A DNA stretch of 64,000 nt, taken from Candidatus Rokuibacteriota bacterium. Lineage in GTDB: Bacteria; Methylomirabilota; Methylomirabilia; Rokubacteriales; CSP1-6. Shown piece after piece: positions 48,147-58,191 of the stretch. The position numbers and the translations under genes are program-made. Each line of letters opens with the position of its first letter. The first letter of the stretch is position 1. Under the pieces are notes generated by a model. It had not been told where the DNA came from. It made no database searches and saw only the letters and a list, made by a program, of their open reading frames with translations. Location: positions 480 to 64,479 of the forward strand of contig VGLJ01000022.1 in NCBI GenBank assembly GCA_016866775.1. Direction: 5' to 3'.

Positions 48147-48977
48147 TCAGCGGATCGGTAAGGGCAACGCGCGGTTCTCGTAATAGCGTCGGGCTTCCGG
48201 CAGCCACGCGCGCAGCTGCTCGCGCCGGGTGCCGGGATTCGGATGCGACGACATCCACTCGGGGCCGCGCGAGCCGCCGCGCTCCTCCATGCGCTCCCAC
48301 AGAGCGATGGATTCCGCCGGCTCGTACCCGGCCTTGGCCATGAGGAGGACGCCGATGTGGTCGGCCTCGGATTCGTGCGCGCGGCTGTACGGCAGGAGCA
48401 CGCCGTACTGCGCGCCGAGGCCGAGCGCGGCGCCGGTGAGCGCCTGGTAGCGCGGGTCGTAGAGCGCGACGGCGGCATTCGCGACCTGCACGCCGACCTG
48501 CGCGAGCATCGTCTGGCTCAATCGCTCGGCGCTGTGGCGCGCGATCACGTGGCCGACCTCGTGCCCGAGGACGGCCGCGAGGCCCGCGTCGTTCCGCGCG
48601 ATCGGCAAGAGTCCCGTGTGGACGATCATCTTGCCGTTCGGGAGCACCGACGCGTTGGCGGTGCGGTCGCGCAGGAGCGTGATCTCCCAGCGGTACCGCG
48701 ACGCGAGCCCCGCGGCGTCGATGATGCGGCGGCCGACCGCGTGCACCGTGTCGAGGTTGCGTGCGTCGCTCGCGTCGGCGGACGTGACGACCACGCCCTT
48801 CTCGCGCGCCGCGGCCATGAACTTCGCGTGCTGCTGGTCCGCGAGACGCGCCACCTGCTGGTCGGAGAAGAGCAGGACCTGCGAGCGGCCGGTGATCGGC
48901 ACCGTCGCGCATGCGACCGCGACCGCCGCGACGAGCAGCCCGATCAGCGTTCCGCGGGAGCGGCCGGCGGCCCTCAT
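48147..48977 (-). CDS. M48-family zinc metallopeptidase lipoprotein (BepA/LoiP-like)
   Basis: Signal peptide and lipobox-like AVAVACAT. HEVGHV and the distal E(x)AD motif. Confidence 0.75.
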   Translation of the reverse strand: MRAAGRSRGTLIGLLVAAVAVACATVPITGRSQVLLFSDQQVARLADQQHAKFMAAAREKGVVVTSADASDARNLDTVHAVGRRIIDAAGLASRYRWEITLLRDRTANASVLPNGKMIVHTGLLPIARNDAGLAAVLGHEVGHVIARHSAERLSQTMLAQVGVQVANAAVALYDPRYQALTGAALGLGAQYGVLLPYSRAHESEADHIGVLLMAKAGYEPAESIALWERMEERGGSRGPEWMSSHPNPGTRREQLRAWLPEARRYYENRALPLPIR

Positions 48978-49426
48978 CGCCGGCGACCGGGCGCACGCCG
49001 GCGGTCATCGATCGAGAACGGGCCGGGGCCGACGAGCGCGACCGCGATCGTGCACGCGAGCACGAGGAAGGAGAGCTCGTAGCCGACGGCGGCCGCGCGC
49101 TCGCCCGCCTCGCGGATCGCGCCGCGCATGAAGAACCCTTGCGGCAGGTGCAGGAGGAAGAACGCGCCGAACAGGGTCGGCATGGCGAGGACCGCCGCCA
49201 CGCGCGTCCACAGGCCGACCGCGAGCAGGGCGCCGCCGAGCGCTTGCGCGCCCATCGTGTACCACGCGATGAGCGGGACGACGGAGGCGGGAAACCCTTG
49301 CCGGAGGATGGTGGCGGCGACGTCGCGGGGACCGAAGAGCACGAGCTGCTCGTACGCGTGCATGACGAAGACGATGCCGAGAGCGAGTCGCAGGACGAGC
49401 ACGCCCCACGCGGCGCCGTATGTCAT
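48974..49426 (-). CDS. DoxX-family membrane protein
   Basis: ~150 aa with 3-4 transmembrane helices in a DoxX-like layout (LRLALGIVFVMHAYEQL). Confidence 0.5.
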   Translation of the reverse strand: MTYGAAWGVLVLRLALGIVFVMHAYEQLVLFGPRDVAATILRQGFPASVVPLIAWYTMGAQALGGALLAVGLWTRVAAVLAMPTLFGAFFLLHLPQGFFMRGAIREAGERAAAVGYELSFLVLACTIAVALVGPGPFSIDDRRRAPGRRR

Positions 49427-49428
49427 CG

Positions 49429-50268
49429 CTACGCCATGTCGCTCCACGCCACCATGCCGGTGCCCGAGCGCCACGCCACCGCTGGCATGTACGCCAGCAC
49501 CTCCGCCGGCCCGCGCGTGAACGCGAGGGCCACGATCCACGCGAGCAGCTCGGCCGTCCCTCCCGAGCCCGCGTCCTCCATCTTCTCCAGCGTGCACCCG
49601 CGGAGGAGGGCCTCGTGGTCGCCCTTCGCGAGCAGCGCGAGGAACCACGTGTCGAACGCTTCGTCGACCCAGAAGTAGCGCGGCCCGCCGGGCTCGTGCG
49701 AGAGCCCGCCCGTGGCGAGGATCGCGACGCGCTCGTCGCCGGGATACGCCTTCACCATCTCGCGGAGCGTGACGCCGACCTCGTACGCGCGCGCCGGCAG
49801 CGGGACCGGCGGCACCGTGCAGTTCATCGAGACCGGCACGAGCGGGATCGCGTTGTAGGGATTCAGGTAATGCATGGGGACCGAGAAGCCGTCATCGAAC
49901 TGCATCTCGCGGAGATACGAGAAGGCGAGGCGCCGGCGTGCGCCCTCGTTGACGATGTAGCGCGCCAGCGTCGGATGGCCCGGGATGCGGTACTTGTCGA
50001 GCGCGAGCCACTCGTCGTACCAGTCCGCGGGACCGACGTGCTCCTCGCCGATGCCGACCGTCCACTCCGGGGTGTTGTTGATCGGCCAGTTGAGCAGGTG
50101 ATCGTTCGAGAAGCCGAGGATGACGTCGGGCTTCGCGGCCTCGAGGCGCCAGCGCATCTCGTCCATCGCCTTCTTCGCGAGGAGCTGCTGCTGCATGGGC
50201 GCGCGCTCGAACCAGCCGGTGAGGCCGGGCGCGTGCGTCATGGCCATCGCCGCGACTATTTTCGCCAT
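49429..50268 (-). CDS. class III extradiol ring-cleavage dioxygenase, LigB family catalytic subunit
   Basis: 279 aa. MTHAPG, LSHEPGGP and His-rich metal site regions typical of protocatechuate/gallate 4,5-dioxygenase beta subunits. Confidence 0.6.
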   Translation of the reverse strand: MAKIVAAMAMTHAPGLTGWFERAPMQQQLLAKKAMDEMRWRLEAAKPDVILGFSNDHLLNWPINNTPEWTVGIGEEHVGPADWYDEWLALDKYRIPGHPTLARYIVNEGARRRLAFSYLREMQFDDGFSVPMHYLNPYNAIPLVPVSMNCTVPPVPLPARAYEVGVTLREMVKAYPGDERVAILATGGLSHEPGGPRYFWVDEAFDTWFLALLAKGDHEALLRGCTLEKMEDAGSGGTAELLAWIVALAFTRGPAEVLAYMPAVAWRSGTGMVAWSDMA

Positions 50269-50696
50269 AGGCTCACATGGGGGGACGCCTCTCGCGTCCC
50301 CCCCAAGCCCCCCGCGCTCCGGTCCCCGAGTGAATCGGGGCCCTCCGCGACTGCCGATTCCCGCTCCAGGCGCGCCGCCAGCTCGAGCGCGCGGGCCGAC
50401 TCGTCCGGATACGCGCGCTTGTACGCCTCGAGCGCGGGGTGCGCGTTCGAGTTCGCGGACGCGCCGTAGAAGAGACGCAGCATCTGCGGCACGTAGTACT
50501 GGTGGACGCCGAGTTCGTGGAGCGCGCGCACGTCCTTGTCGGCGAGCGCCCGGTACTCCTCGTCGCTCACGCCGAACTCGCGGCAGAGTCCCGCGAGGTC
50601 GGTGTTCCAGCGGTCGCGCAGGGCCTTCGACTTTCGCACGTGGAACATCATCTCGTTGAGCGGCAGGGTCTTGTCGCAGCGGTCGACGGAGGCCAT
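50256..50696 (-). CDS. LigA-like aromatic-ring-opening dioxygenase small subunit, with a repeat-encoded C-terminal tail
   Basis: LigA-like core (MMFHVRKSKALRDRWNTDLAGLCREFGVSDEEYRAL...YYVPQM). The last ~30 codons run through the family-1 repeat. The LigB ATG lies 11 nt inside this ORF. Confidence 0.45.
   Translation of the reverse strand: MASVDRCDKTLPLNEMMFHVRKSKALRDRWNTDLAGLCREFGVSDEEYRALADKDVRALHELGVHQYYVPQMLRLFYGASANSNAHPALEAYKRAYPDESARALELAARLERESAVAEGPDSLGDRSAGGLGGTREASPHVSLWRK
50276..50353. repeat. GC-rich double-hairpin repeat, family 1, copy C
   Basis: CATGGGGGG-ACGCCTCTCGCGT-CCCCCCC, then AAGCCCCCC GCGCTCCGGTCCCCGAGTGAATCGGGGCCCTCCGCGACTG. The second stem shows compensatory changes relative to copy A. 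Confidence 0.8.
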
Positions 50697-50698
50697 CG

Positions 50699-51067
50699 CT
50701 ACTTCAGCACCTTCGGATTGACTTTCAGGAACATGATCACGCAGCGCTCGGTGCCGAGGTTGCGCACGTCGTGGAGGACCGCGTTGGGGAACTTCACGAT
50801 CGAGCCGGCCGGCACGGAGACCTCCTGGCCGTCGATGTTCATGTTCGCCGTGCCCTGCAGCACGAAGATCGCTTCCTCTTCCTTCGGATGCTGGTGCATG
50901 ACGGTGGACTGCCCGGGCTCGTAGCAGGCGATCTCGGACCAGAGCTGGTCGGTCTTGAAGAGCATCTTCCGCACCCGCTTGTCGGCAGCGAACGCCTTCA
51001 GCGCGTGGAGGTCGAAGACCTGCGCGCAGCCGGCGACGGTGGCGGTTGCCGTTTCCTCGTCCATCAG
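50699..51067 (-). CDS. cupin-domain protein
   Basis: 123 aa with the cupin metal motif MHQHPKEEEAIFVLQG...; TGATG coupling to the upstream gene. Confidence 0.6.
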   Translation of the reverse strand: MMDEETATATVAGCAQVFDLHALKAFAADKRVRKMLFKTDQLWSEIACYEPGQSTVMHQHPKEEEAIFVLQGTANMNIDGQEVSVPAGSIVKFPNAVLHDVRNLGTERCVIMFLKVNPKVLK

Positions 51068-52053
51068 TGGCCTCCGGCCGATTTTACAGCGTCCACGACC
51101 GCGGCAAGGCTTGCGTCGGGCACGTCGAGCGGCACCACGCAGCCGGGCGCCACGATCAGGCCGAGGCCGCCGGTCTGCGCGATCGCGTCGCGCGCCTGCG
51201 CCGCGACGGCGGCCGGCGTCTCCTTGCGCAGCGTCTGGTGCTGGTTCAGACCGCCCGCGACCGCCGTCTCGAAGCGACGGACGGCCGGGCCGAGCGCGAT
51301 CGACGTCGTGCGATCGTGCCAGTTCAGCGCGTGCGCGGAAACGGCGTCGAACGCGTCGAGGTACGGCGCGTCGCCGTGGACGTGCAGCATCGTGAGTCGC
51401 GATCGGCCGCCCACGGCCCGCAGGATCCGCCGGACCCGAGGCAGATCGTGGCGGTCGTGCTCCTCGCGGGGCCATCCCTCGGGCGTCGCCGCCTGCGTCG
51501 CGAAGAAGATCCCGTCCGCGCCCGCATCGAGCGATGCGACCGCATACCGCTCGACGGTCTCCGTGATCGCGTCGAGCGCCGGCGTGACCGCCTCGGGCGT
51601 CTCGCGAAGATCCGCCACGACGCGATCGCCGGCGAGCTTGCGCGCGATCGTGAGCGGCGAGAACAGCGTGTGGAGGATCGGCGCGTCGTCACCGCGCCCG
51701 CGCGCGATCAGACGCACGGCCTCGAGCTCGCGGCCGAGGGCGCCCGCGCCGACGTCGAGCGCCTTGATCCGCGCCCAGTCCGCGCGCGTCTGCACCGCGT
51801 GGCGCGTGCACTGCTTGGCGCCGTTCACCGCGCCCTTGTAGGCGACCTCGCACCCCCAGTCCTCGACGCAGTAGACGCCGCTCGACATGACCTTGATGAG
51901 GTCGAGGTCCCACCGGCGATGGAAGGCGAGCATCGCCTCGGCAAGCCCGTTCGAGGTGTGGTCCACGTCCGGAACGTGGCGCCAGAAGGCCACGGGCGGG
52001 CGGTCGACGGGCCGGCGGGCGAGGGCGGCGGCGACGCGCTGCGCTTTCGTCAT
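51064..52053 (-). CDS. uroporphyrinogen decarboxylase (URO-D/MtaA-like) family protein, possibly a methyltransferase or decarboxylase
   Basis: 329 aa. N-terminal RVAAALARRPVDRPPVAFW is typical of URO-D family starts. No corrinoid partner is visible in the window. Confidence 0.5.
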   Translation of the reverse strand: MTKAQRVAAALARRPVDRPPVAFWRHVPDVDHTSNGLAEAMLAFHRRWDLDLIKVMSSGVYCVEDWGCEVAYKGAVNGAKQCTRHAVQTRADWARIKALDVGAGALGRELEAVRLIARGRGDDAPILHTLFSPLTIARKLAGDRVVADLRETPEAVTPALDAITETVERYAVASLDAGADGIFFATQAATPEGWPREEHDRHDLPRVRRILRAVGGRSRLTMLHVHGDAPYLDAFDAVSAHALNWHDRTTSIALGPAVRRFETAVAGGLNQHQTLRKETPAAVAAQARDAIAQTGGLGLIVAPGCVVPLDVPDASLAAVVDAVKSAGGH

Positions 52054-52080
52054 GGCCCCGATGATACCGCCGAGCCCGAA

Positions 52081-54276
52081 CTAGGCCGCGCGCTGATCGA
52101 GGCGGTCGCGGACCGCGCGGACCAGGTCCGCGAGCTGGAACGACTTCGGCAGGACCTCGATCGCGCGCGCGCCGTAGACGCGCGTGTCGTCCGTGTAGCC
52201 GGACACGTAAAGGATCGCGATCTCGGGCCGGCGCTCGCGCACGATCTCCGCGAGCTCGGGGCCGCTCATGCGCGGCATCACGACGTCGGCGAGCAGCAGG
52301 TCGATCGGGCCCGGATGATCGTGCGCGATTCGGACCGCGTCCTCCACGTCGCTCGCCTCGAGCACCGTGTAGCCGTTGATCTCGAGGACCTGGCAGGTGA
52401 TGCCGCGCACGTCGTCGTCGTCCTCGGCGACCAGCACGGTCTCGGTGCCGCGGACGTCGCGGACCGATGGTGCCGGCCGCCCCGCCGGCTCCTCGATCTC
52501 GTTCGTCGCCGGCGGGAAGTAGATGCGGAACGTCGTCCCCGCGCCGGGCCGTGAGTCCAGATCGATGAAGCCGCCGCTCTGGCGCACGATGCCGTGGACG
52601 GTCGACAGCCCGAGGCCGGTGCCCTTGCCCTGGGGCTTCGTCGTGAAGAAGGGCTCGAAGGCGCGCGCGCGCGTGGTCTCGTTTATCCCGTGCCCGACGT
52701 CGGCCACGAACACTCCCACGTAGATGCCCGGCTCCACGCCGACGTGCCGGCGGGCGAGCGTGTCGCTCACCCGCACGTTGCTCGTGCCGATCGTCAAGCG
52801 TCCGCCCGCGGGCATCGCATCGCGTGCGTTGACGGCGAGATTCATCAGCACCTGCGCGAGCTGTCCGGGATCCGCGAGCACCGGGCTGACGCCGCGGCCC
52901 AGATCGAGCACGAGCTCGATGTCTTCGCCGATGACGCGGTGGAGCAGGCTGCTCACGTTCCGCACCACCTCGTTCGGCTGCACGAGCGCCGGGCGCAGCA
53001 TCTGCCGCCGACCGAACTGCAGGAGCTGGCGCACGAGCACGGCGGCGCGGTCGGCGGTGGTCTGGATGAGGTCGACCGCGTGCCGGCTCTCCTCGTCGTC
53101 GCCGACGCGGTCGGCGAGGAGCTGCGCGCGCCCGGAGATCACCGTGAGGAGGTTGTTGAAGTCGTGCGCGATCCCCCCGGCGAGCACGCCGATCGCCTCC
53201 ATCTTCTGGGCGTGTCTGAGCTGCTCCTCGGTGGCCTCGGCGGTCGCGCGGGCGATGTGCTCGGCCGTGAACAGCCGCGCGTTCTCCAGCGCCAGCGCGG
53301 CCTGATCGGCGAACGCGCTCGTCAACGCGACCTCGCGCTCGGTCCAGACGCGGCCCACGCGGTCTCCGACGGTGAGCGTGCCGAGCACCGTGTCCTTCGC
53401 GCGCGGCGGCACGCCGAGGACGGCGCGCTCGCCGGACCGTTCGAGCGTCTCGCGCGTCTCGGGGCTCAGGGTGAGCCGCGGATCCGTGAGCACGTCGGGC
53501 GACCACACCGGACGTCCCGTGTGCACGACGAGGCCCGCGAGCGCGCCCGCCTCCGGTGGGAGGGGGTTGTCCGGCTCCGCGTGGTCGAGACGCGTGCCCG
53601 CCCACGCGAGCGCGCGCAGCGAGCCGTCGGGCTGCAGACGCCGCAGGCGCGAGAACGTCGCGTCGAAGAGCAGCAGCACGCTGTCGACGATCCGGCGGCC
53701 GACTTCGGCCGGGTCGAGCGTCTCGTTCAGCGCCCGCGCGAGCCACGCGAGCTCCTCGGCCTCACGCTGACGCTTCCACGCGCGCGCGTTGAGGCGCGCC
53801 ATGTGGAGGGCCAGCGCCGCCTCGGCGGCGAGGAGCTCGACCACCTCGCGCTCCTCGTCGGTGAGCGAGGCCGCGGGCTCGAAGCGGAGCAGCACCACGC
53901 CGAAGACGATGTCGCGCGCGACGATCGCGACGGCGAAGATGCCGGCCTGCGGATCGAGATGCGGCGACCACGGCGCGGACCATCGCCCGTCGGCGCTCCG
54001 CACGACCGCCGGCGCGACGAGATCGGCGTGACACGCGCCCGGCACCGGCGGCCAGGCGCCCGTCGTCTCCTCGAGCAGATGGATCGCGCACGCACCGTCG
54101 GCGCGCACCGACGCGACAGCGTCCGCGACCTGGCGGAGCACGTCGTCCGTCGCGGCCGCGGACGGCAACGCGTGAACCAGGTCGGTGACGCGCGTGAGCT
54201 GTCGGCGGCGATCCGGCTCAGCGGCCGCGGTGCTCGTCCGAGAGTCACGATACAGCGGCGGCGCGCGTGCCGCCAC
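52081..54276 (-). CDS. hybrid sensor histidine kinase/response regulator with two GAF domains
   Basis: 731 aa. HisKA (IAHDFNNLL), HATPase_c (GTGLGLSTVHGIV), receiver (LLLADVVMPRMSGPEL). Paralogous in architecture to the 8897..12538 kinase. Confidence 0.85.
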   Translation of the reverse strand: MAARAPPLYRDSRTSTAAAEPDRRRQLTRVTDLVHALPSAAATDDVLRQVADAVASVRADGACAIHLLEETTGAWPPVPGACHADLVAPAVVRSADGRWSAPWSPHLDPQAGIFAVAIVARDIVFGVVLLRFEPAASLTDEEREVVELLAAEAALALHMARLNARAWKRQREAEELAWLARALNETLDPAEVGRRIVDSVLLLFDATFSRLRRLQPDGSLRALAWAGTRLDHAEPDNPLPPEAGALAGLVVHTGRPVWSPDVLTDPRLTLSPETRETLERSGERAVLGVPPRAKDTVLGTLTVGDRVGRVWTEREVALTSAFADQAALALENARLFTAEHIARATAEATEEQLRHAQKMEAIGVLAGGIAHDFNNLLTVISGRAQLLADRVGDDEESRHAVDLIQTTADRAAVLVRQLLQFGRRQMLRPALVQPNEVVRNVSSLLHRVIGEDIELVLDLGRGVSPVLADPGQLAQVLMNLAVNARDAMPAGGRLTIGTSNVRVSDTLARRHVGVEPGIYVGVFVADVGHGINETTRARAFEPFFTTKPQGKGTGLGLSTVHGIVRQSGGFIDLDSRPGAGTTFRIYFPPATNEIEEPAGRPAPSVRDVRGTETVLVAEDDDDVRGITCQVLEINGYTVLEASDVEDAVRIAHDHPGPIDLLLADVVMPRMSGPELAEIVRERRPEIAILYVSGYTDDTRVYGARAIEVLPKSFQLADLVRAVRDRLDQRAA

Positions 54277-54368
54277 CCATAGACGGCCAGGCGCTTCTCG
54301 GGTGTGAGAACGGCGGCGGCTCCGGCCATCCGCTTGACTTCGCGTTCCTTTCGCCGGACAGTGGCGCC

Positions 54369-55046
54369 GTGATTTCGTCCGCGCCGCGCGTGTATCACCA
54401 CATCGTCGCGCACATCGAGCGCGCGATCTACGAGGGACGGCTCGGATGCGGCGACAGGCTGCTGTCGGAGCGCGAGCTCGGCCGCCGCTTCGGGGCGAGC
54501 CGCGTGGCCGTGCGCGAGGCGCTCCGCGCGCTCGAGTACCGCGGGCTGCTCGAGGTCCGGCAGGGATCCGCGGGCGGGCACTTCGTGCGCGACGTCGATG
54601 CGCGCGTGGTCTCGCGCGACTTCCGCACGCTCCTGCAGCTCGGCGGCCTCACCGCGAGCCAGCTCGCCGAAGCGCGTCTCGTCATGGAGCCTGAAGTCGC
54701 GCGCCTCGCCGCCGAGCGGGCGAGCGACGTCGACGTGAAGGATCTCCGTGCGCTGCTCGAGGAGCGCTTCGCCGTCATCGCGGGCGGCCGCGATCCGCGC
54801 GAGCTCGATCTCGAGTTCCACCGCCGCCTCGCCGCCACCGCGCGCAATCCCGTCCACGCCGTCGCCATCCACGCGCTCATGGATCTGGAAGCGGACATGG
54901 TCGCGCCGCGCGGGATGATCGGCGACGCCGATCGTGCCGACGCCGAGCGCCCGCACGCCGCCGTGCTCGCGGCCGTCGAGGCGCACGACGGCGCGCGGGC
55001 GCACGCGGTCATGCAGTGCCACATCGCAGGAGGAACCGTTCGATGA
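54369..55046 (+). CDS. GntR-family (FadR/FCD subfamily) transcriptional regulator
   Basis: wHTH LSERELGRRFGASRVAVREALRALEYRGLL plus an FCD-type C-terminal helical domain. The GTG start is inferred. Confidence 0.75.
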   Translation: MISSAPRVYHHIVAHIERAIYEGRLGCGDRLLSERELGRRFGASRVAVREALRALEYRGLLEVRQGSAGGHFVRDVDARVVSRDFRTLLQLGGLTASQLAEARLVMEPEVARLAAERASDVDVKDLRALLEERFAVIAGGRDPRELDLEFHRRLAATARNPVHAVAIHALMDLEADMVAPRGMIGDADRADAERPHAAVLAAVEAHDGARAHAVMQCHIAGGTVR

Positions 55047-56254
55047 AGATCACGCGCGCCCTCGTCCTCGTCGCCGCGCTCGCCGCGGTCGCCATGGCGA
55101 CCGTCCCGCTCGGCGCGCAGCAGCCGCCGATCAAGATCGGCGAGATCAACTCGTTCAGCGGCATCGGGGCGCCGTTCACCGGGCCGTACCGCTCGGCGGT
55201 CGAGATGGCGGTCGAAGAGGTGAACGCGAAGGGCGGCGTGCTCGGGCGCAAGATCGAGGTCCTGTTCCGCGACGACAAGGGGCAGCCCGCCGAGGCGGTG
55301 AAGCACGCGCAGGAGCTGGTGGCGAGCGAGAAGGTCGCCCTCGTCTCCGGAACGTTCCTCTCGAACGTCGGCCTCGCCGTCTCCGACTGGGCCAAGCAGA
55401 ACAAGACGCTCTTCGTCGCCGCCGAGCCGCTCACCGAGGCGATCACGTGGTCGAAGGGCCACGACTACGTCTTTCGCGTCCGCCCGAATACCTACCAGCA
55501 GGGCCGGATGCTGGCGGCGAGCGCCGGGAAGATGAAGTACGTGAAGTGGGGGACGATCGGGCCGAACTACGAGTACGGCAAGCGCGCGTGGGAGACGTTC
55601 CGCGACCGGCTGAAGGAGCTCAAGCCCGACGTGCAGGTGGTCGTGGACCAGTGGCCGGCGCTCGGCAAGATCGACGCCTCCGCCGAGGTGGGCGCCATTC
55701 TCGCGAAGAATCCCGACGCGCTCTACGTGTCGCTCTTCGGCAGCGACTGGCTCGCGTTCGTGCGCGAGGCGCAGAAGCGCGGCCTGTTCCAGAAGATGTT
55801 CGTCGTGGGGATCCTGCTCGGCGAGCCCGAGTACATCGATCCGCTGAAGACCGAGGCGCCGGAGGGCATGCTCGTCACCGGCTATCCCTGGTACGACCTC
55901 ACGCAGCCCGCGCACAAGGAGTTCGTGGCGCGGTTCACGAAGAAGACCGACAAGAACCCGGTGCTCGGCTCGCTCGTCGGCTACGTCACGTATCTCTCGA
56001 TCTTCGAGGCGATCAAGAAGGCGGGCAGCACCGACACCGACAAGCTCGTCGCGGCGTTCCGCGACCTGAAAGTCGAGACCCCGGTCGGGCCGATCACCTA
56101 CCGTGCCGTCGACGGGCAGTCGACGCTGGGCGCGTGGGTGGGCACGACGAAGATCGACGCCAAGCGCGGCGTCGGCGTGATGGTGAACCACGAGTACATC
56201 GCCGGCGACAAGGTCCTGCCGTCCGCCGACGAAGTGAAGAAGATGCGCAACTAA
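55043..56254 (+). CDS. ABC transporter substrate-binding protein, branched-chain amino acid/amide type (LivK-like, Peripla_BP_6)
   Basis: Signal peptide MKITRALVLVAALAAVAMA. IKIGEINSFSGIGAPFTG pattern. ATGA overlap with the GntR stop. Confidence 0.8.
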   Translation: MKITRALVLVAALAAVAMATVPLGAQQPPIKIGEINSFSGIGAPFTGPYRSAVEMAVEEVNAKGGVLGRKIEVLFRDDKGQPAEAVKHAQELVASEKVALVSGTFLSNVGLAVSDWAKQNKTLFVAAEPLTEAITWSKGHDYVFRVRPNTYQQGRMLAASAGKMKYVKWGTIGPNYEYGKRAWETFRDRLKELKPDVQVVVDQWPALGKIDASAEVGAILAKNPDALYVSLFGSDWLAFVREAQKRGLFQKMFVVGILLGEPEYIDPLKTEAPEGMLVTGYPWYDLTQPAHKEFVARFTKKTDKNPVLGSLVGYVTYLSIFEAIKKAGSTDTDKLVAAFRDLKVETPVGPITYRAVDGQSTLGAWVGTTKIDAKRGVGVMVNHEYIAGDKVLPSADEVKKMRN

Positions 56255-56260
56255 TTGACC

Positions 56261-56308
56261 CGGAGGGGGCATCGCCTCGTCGGAGGGGGCCTCGACGGGC
56301 CCCCTCCG
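56261..56308. repeat. GC-rich repeat, family 3, copy 1: direct repeat plus a perfect 10-bp-stem hairpin
   Basis: CGGAGGGGGC-ATCGCCTCGT-CGGAGGGGGC CTCGACGG GCCCCCTCCG, 7 nt after the binding-protein TAA and before the permease gene. No T-tract follows. Confidence 0.7.
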
Positions 56309-56367
56309 AAACCTCCCCCAGGCAGGATTGCGCCGGCGGAGCCGGCGCTCGAACACACGGCACAGTC

Positions 56368-58191
56368 ATGTCGCCCTCGATCATCGTCGTCCAGCTCCTG
56401 TCAGGGCTCGCGAAGGCGATGGTCCTCTTTCTCATCGCGTCGGGGCTGTCGCTCATCTTCGGGGTCACGCGCGTCGTCAACTTCGCTCACGGCTCGCTGT
56501 ACATGCTCGCCGCGTACCTCACGTACAGCCTCACGGCCGCGCTGCCGTTCGGCGCGGCGTCGTTCTACGTCTCCGTCCTCGCCGCCGCAGTCGCGGTCGG
56601 CCTCGTCGGGCTCGTCATCGAAGTCGGGCTTCTGCGGCGCGTCTACAAGGCACCCGAGCTCTACCAGCTGCTGCTGACGTTCGCGCTGGTGCTCGTCATC
56701 TCCGACGTCGTGAAGCTCGCGTGGGGCTCCGAGAACAAGACGGGGCCGTCGGCGCCCGGCCTCGCGGGCTCCGTGCCGATCGCCGGGCAGCTCTTTCCGA
56801 CCTACGACCTCGCGCTCATCGTCTTCGGGCCCCTCGTCGCGCTCGCGCTGTGGTGGCTCTTCTACCGGACGCGCTGGGGCGTGCTGATCCGCGCGGCGAC
56901 GCAGGATCGCGAGATGGTCGCCGCGCTCGGCGTCGACCAGGCGCGTTTGTTCACCGCGGTCTTCGCGCTGGGCTCGGCGCTCGCCGGGCTCGGCGGCGCG
57001 CTGCAGGTCCCGCGCCAGCCGCTCACGATCGTGATGGACACCAGCATCATCACCGAGGCGTTCGTCGTCGTCGTGATCGGCGGCATGGGCTCGGTGCCGG
57101 GGGCGCTGCTCGCGGCCGTGATGATCGGCGTCATCGAGGCGTTCGGCGTGCTCGTGCTGCCGAAGGCGACGCTCGTGATGACGTTCGCCGTGATGGCGAT
57201 CGTGCTGATCGTGCGCCCGTGGGGTCTGCTCGGACGCCCGGAGTCCCAGGGGCGGGGCGCGGGCGGCGCGATCGCGTCGACGTCCGCGGTTCCGGTGCCG
57301 CGCGCTGCGATCGTCGCGCTGCTCGCGGCGCTCGTCGCGCTCCCGCCGCTGCTGCCGACGTTCCACGTGTGGGTGCTCGTCGAGATCCTGGCGTTCGCGC
57401 TCTTCGCCGCGAGCCTTCACCTCTTGATGGGCACGGGCGGGATGGTCTCGTTCGGCCACGCCGCCTCCTTCGGCCTCGGCGCGTACGGCGCGGCGCTGCT
57501 GATGAAGCTCGCGGGCGTCACGATGCCGGTCGCGTTCGTCGCCGCGCCCGTGGTCGCGGCGGCGTGCGCGCTCGTCATCGGCTTCTTCTGCGTGCGGCTG
57601 TCGAGCATCTACTTCGCGATGCTCACGCTCGCGTTCGCGCAGATCGCGTACGCGATTGTCCACCAGTGGTACGACGTGACCGGCGGCGACAACGGGCTCC
57701 TCGGCGTGTGGCCGGCGCGGTGGCTCGCGACGCCGCTCCGGTACTACTACCTCGCGCTCGTGGCGTGTGTCGCCGGGATCGCGCTGCTCGGGGTCATCGG
57801 GCGCGCGCCGTTCGGTCTCGTGCTCCGCGCCGCGCGCGATCACGCGCGACGCGCCGAGGCCGTCGGCGTCAACGTGCGCCGCCACCAGTGGCTCGCGTTC
57901 GTCATCGCCGGGTTCTTCGGGGGCCTCGCCGGCGCGACCTTCGTCTTCCTGAAGGGCAGCGCGTTCCCCGACTACTTCTCCGTCCCGCGGTCGGTCGAGC
58001 CGCTGGTGATGGTGCTGCTCGGCGGCGTCCAGGCGCCGGCCGGCGCGCCGCTGGGCGCCGCGATCTACAAGATCCTCGACACCGTGGCGACGAAGTACAC
58101 CGAGTACTGGCAGATGGTGCTCGGCGTGATCCTCGTGACGCTCGTGCTCGCGTTCCCGCGCGGGGTGATCGGCGTGCTCCGTCGTGGCTGA
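56368..58191 (+). CDS. fused LivH-LivM branched-chain amino acid ABC permease
   Basis: 608 aa with two permease halves ([11 protein letters not shown]...; ...[18 protein letters not shown]) and about 18 transmembrane helices. Confidence 0.8.
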   Translation: MSPSIIVVQLLSGLAKAMVLFLIASGLSLIFGVTRVVNFAHGSLYMLAAYLTYSLTAALPFGAASFYVSVLAAAVAVGLVGLVIEVGLLRRVYKAPELYQLLLTFALVLVISDVVKLAWGSENKTGPSAPGLAGSVPIAGQLFPTYDLALIVFGPLVALALWWLFYRTRWGVLIRAATQDREMVAALGVDQARLFTAVFALGSALAGLGGALQVPRQPLTIVMDTSIITEAFVVVVIGGMGSVPGALLAAVMIGVIEAFGVLVLPKATLVMTFAVMAIVLIVRPWGLLGRPESQGRGAGGAIASTSAVPVPRAAIVALLAALVALPPLLPTFHVWVLVEILAFALFAASLHLLMGTGGMVSFGHAASFGLGAYGAALLMKLAGVTMPVAFVAAPVVAAACALVIGFFCVRLSSIYFAMLTLAFAQIAYAIVHQWYDVTGGDNGLLGVWPARWLATPLRYYYLALVACVAGIALLGVIGRAPFGLVLRAARDHARRAEAVGVNVRRHQWLAFVIAGFFGGLAGATFVFLKGSAFPDYFSVPRSVEPLVMVLLGGVQAPAGAPLGAAIYKILDTVATKYTEYWQMVLGVILVTLVLAFPRGVIGVLRRG

